From Felis catus (Eukaryota): a stretch of DNA of 64,000 bases. The stretch lies in contig NC_058368.1 of NCBI RefSeq assembly GCF_018350175.1, positions 172,920,001 through 172,984,000 on the forward strand. The letters are read 5' to 3'. The translations under genes were made by a program, and so were the position numbers. Below the pieces are notes generated by a model. The model searched no databases and had not been told where the DNA came from. It was given only the letters and a program-made list of their open reading frames with translations. Shown one piece after another: positions 62,030 to 64,000 of this stretch. Each line of letters starts with the position of its first letter. Positions within the stretch are counted from its first letter, which is position 1.

Positions 62030-64000
62030 CAGTTCAAATTTTCATGAATAAAGACTGTCTTGATGTGGTATTAATACAAACCACATTGCATCAAATTTAG
62101 ATGTTAATTGCAATCTTAACTACTTCACCAGAGCAACCACTAAGAAAACGACTGTGTGTGTATTTAGGGAGGGAGGGGGCACTATCATATAAATGACAAG
62201 ACACTTAAAATGTTACACTCGAAAATATCTATTTAACATAAAAGAAGATAGTAACAGAATCAGAGGAACAAAAAGACCATAAGATACATTAAAAGTAAAA
62301 TGGCAAACATCAATCCTACCTTATCACTACTTAGATAAAATGTATGGGGATTTAAAACTACAATTCAGGGTCGCCTGAGTGGCTTTATGGTTGAGCATCC
62401 AACTCTTGATTTTGGCTCAGCTCATGAGCCCAGGGTTGCAGGATCAAGCCCTACATTCAGCTCTGCACTGAGCGTGGAGCCTGCTTGGGATTCTCTCTTT
62501 TCTCCCTCTGCCCCTCTCCCTCAATCCCACTTTCTCTCTAAAATAAAAAAAAATCTAAATAAAAAAAGCCCTGCAATTCAAAGGCAGAGATTGGCAGAAT
62601 GGACAAAAAATATAATCCAACTATATGCTGTCTACAAAACACTTTATATCAAATTCAAAAAAAGGAGTTGAAAGCAAAAGGTTGGAAATAACACGAAAGC
62701 AGTAACAAAAAGGGGTAGCTTCTCTATATTAATATCACAAAATATACTTAAAGGTAAGAAGATTACTAGAGACAAACATGGAAATTGTATAATGACAAAA
62801 TGTCAATCTAACAGGAAGGTATAACAATTACAAATATACATACAACAAACCAGACTCCCAAATTCATAAAGCAGTAACTCATAGAAATAAATATAGAAAA
62901 AGAGAAACAGTAACAGAGACTTCAAAACCCACTTTCAGTAATGGAGAGAACTAGACAGAAGATCACTAAGAACATAAAAGGGGTGAACAGCACTAGGCCT
63001 AGGCCTAGGAGGCATCTGAAGAACATTTTACCAAACAACCACAGAATACACAGTCTTCCTAAGTATATATGAACATTCTCAAGGATAGACCATATATTAG
63101 GCCACAAAAATAAAATTAAAATAAGTGGAATACAGAATATATTCTCCAACCACAATGGAACGAAATTAGAAACCAAAAAGACAAGGGAAATTGGGAAATT
63201 AAACAATATACTACTAAATAACCAGTAAGTCAAAGAATTCACGTGGAAAATTAGAAAATACTTTGAAAAAAAATGAACACAAAATATACCACAACTTAAA
63301 AGACAGAGCAAAAGCAGTTCTTAGACGGATTTCATAGCTGAGGACATATATATATTTTTTAAATCTCTCAAATACCCTAAACTTTCACCTTAAGCTAGCA
63401 AGGAACAGCAGACTACACCTAAAGCAAGCAGAAAGAACAACGAAGATTAGTGGGAAAATTAAGAGAATCAAGAATAGAAAAAAAAAAATTGGCAAAACCA
63501 AAAGCTGGTTCTTTAAAAAAATCAACACAACTCATAAATCTTTAGCAGACCAATAAAAAAGACTCAAATTACTAAAATCAGAAATAAAAGTGTGGCCATC
63601 ACTACTGATTCTACAGAAACAAAAAGGATTAGAATAAGATGAACAACTGTATGCCTACAAATTAGATAACCTAGATAAAACCCTAAATCCTCAAAACAAA
63701 AACTACCAAAACTAAATGACACAGAAACAATATTTGGATAAACCTGTAACTAGCAAAGAGATAGACTCAGTAATGAGTAAACAAAAGCAAAGAAAGAAAA
63801 AGAAAGAAAGAGAAAGAAAGAGAAAGAAAGAAAGAGAAAAAGCAAAGAAAAGCCCTGGATCTAATGGCTTCACTGGGAAGTTGTATCAAACATTTAAATA
63901 AGAACTAACACCCATCCTTATCAAACTTTTCCAAAAAACTAAATAGGGAGGAATACTCCCTAATTCATTCTTTGAGGCCAGTATTTCTCTGATACCAAAG
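62030..64000 (+). mobile_element. Old LINE-1 (inter-ORF/ORF2 N-terminal half) with nested SINE at about 62368-62567, running off the window
   Basis: AAAGGCAGAGATTGGCAGAATGGA, GAACATTCTCAAGGATAGACCATATATTAGGCCAC and CTAATTCATTCTTTGAGGCCAGTATTTCTCTGATACCAAA are typical of L1 ORF2. Confidence 0.85.

Larger units (their letters stand above)
1..64000 (-). other. NSD1: Internal portion of the NSD1 gene (intron 2 to intron 16), extending beyond both window edges
   Basis: 14 minus-strand exons with GT-AG boundaries splice into one open frame encoding PWWP and PHD domains characteristic of NSD1. Confidence 0.97.

Overview
Mammalian genomic DNA, almost certainly a cat or other felid: it is dense in carnivore Can-SINEs of the young felid SINEC_Fc type and carries a felid-type LINE-1. 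The whole window lies inside the histone H3K36 methyltransferase gene NSD1 on the minus strand. Fourteen coding exons, matching human exons 3-16 (numbering from recall), can be placed with GT-AG boundaries and consistent phases. They total 4594 nt and encode PWWP1, the 2572-nt exon 5, PHD1-4 and PWWP2. The start codon and the SET domain lie outside the window. Introns are mostly SINEs, L1, L2/MIR, hAT/Tigger fossils, one MER21-type LTR and microsatellites. I found no new biological system that the sequence alone can prove. The best leads are: (1) a CCAAT/GC-box promoter-like cluster in intron 10 that overlaps a candidate stop-codon exon; (2) a perfect AG|GTAAGT recursive-splice motif at the start of exon 7; (3) an L1 insertion with a chimeric 5' end and a short 3' transduction; (4) a tailless U6 retrocopy; (5) target sites hit repeatedly by SINEs. 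Repeat family names come from recognising consensus sequences by eye and should be confirmed with RepeatMasker/Dfam.
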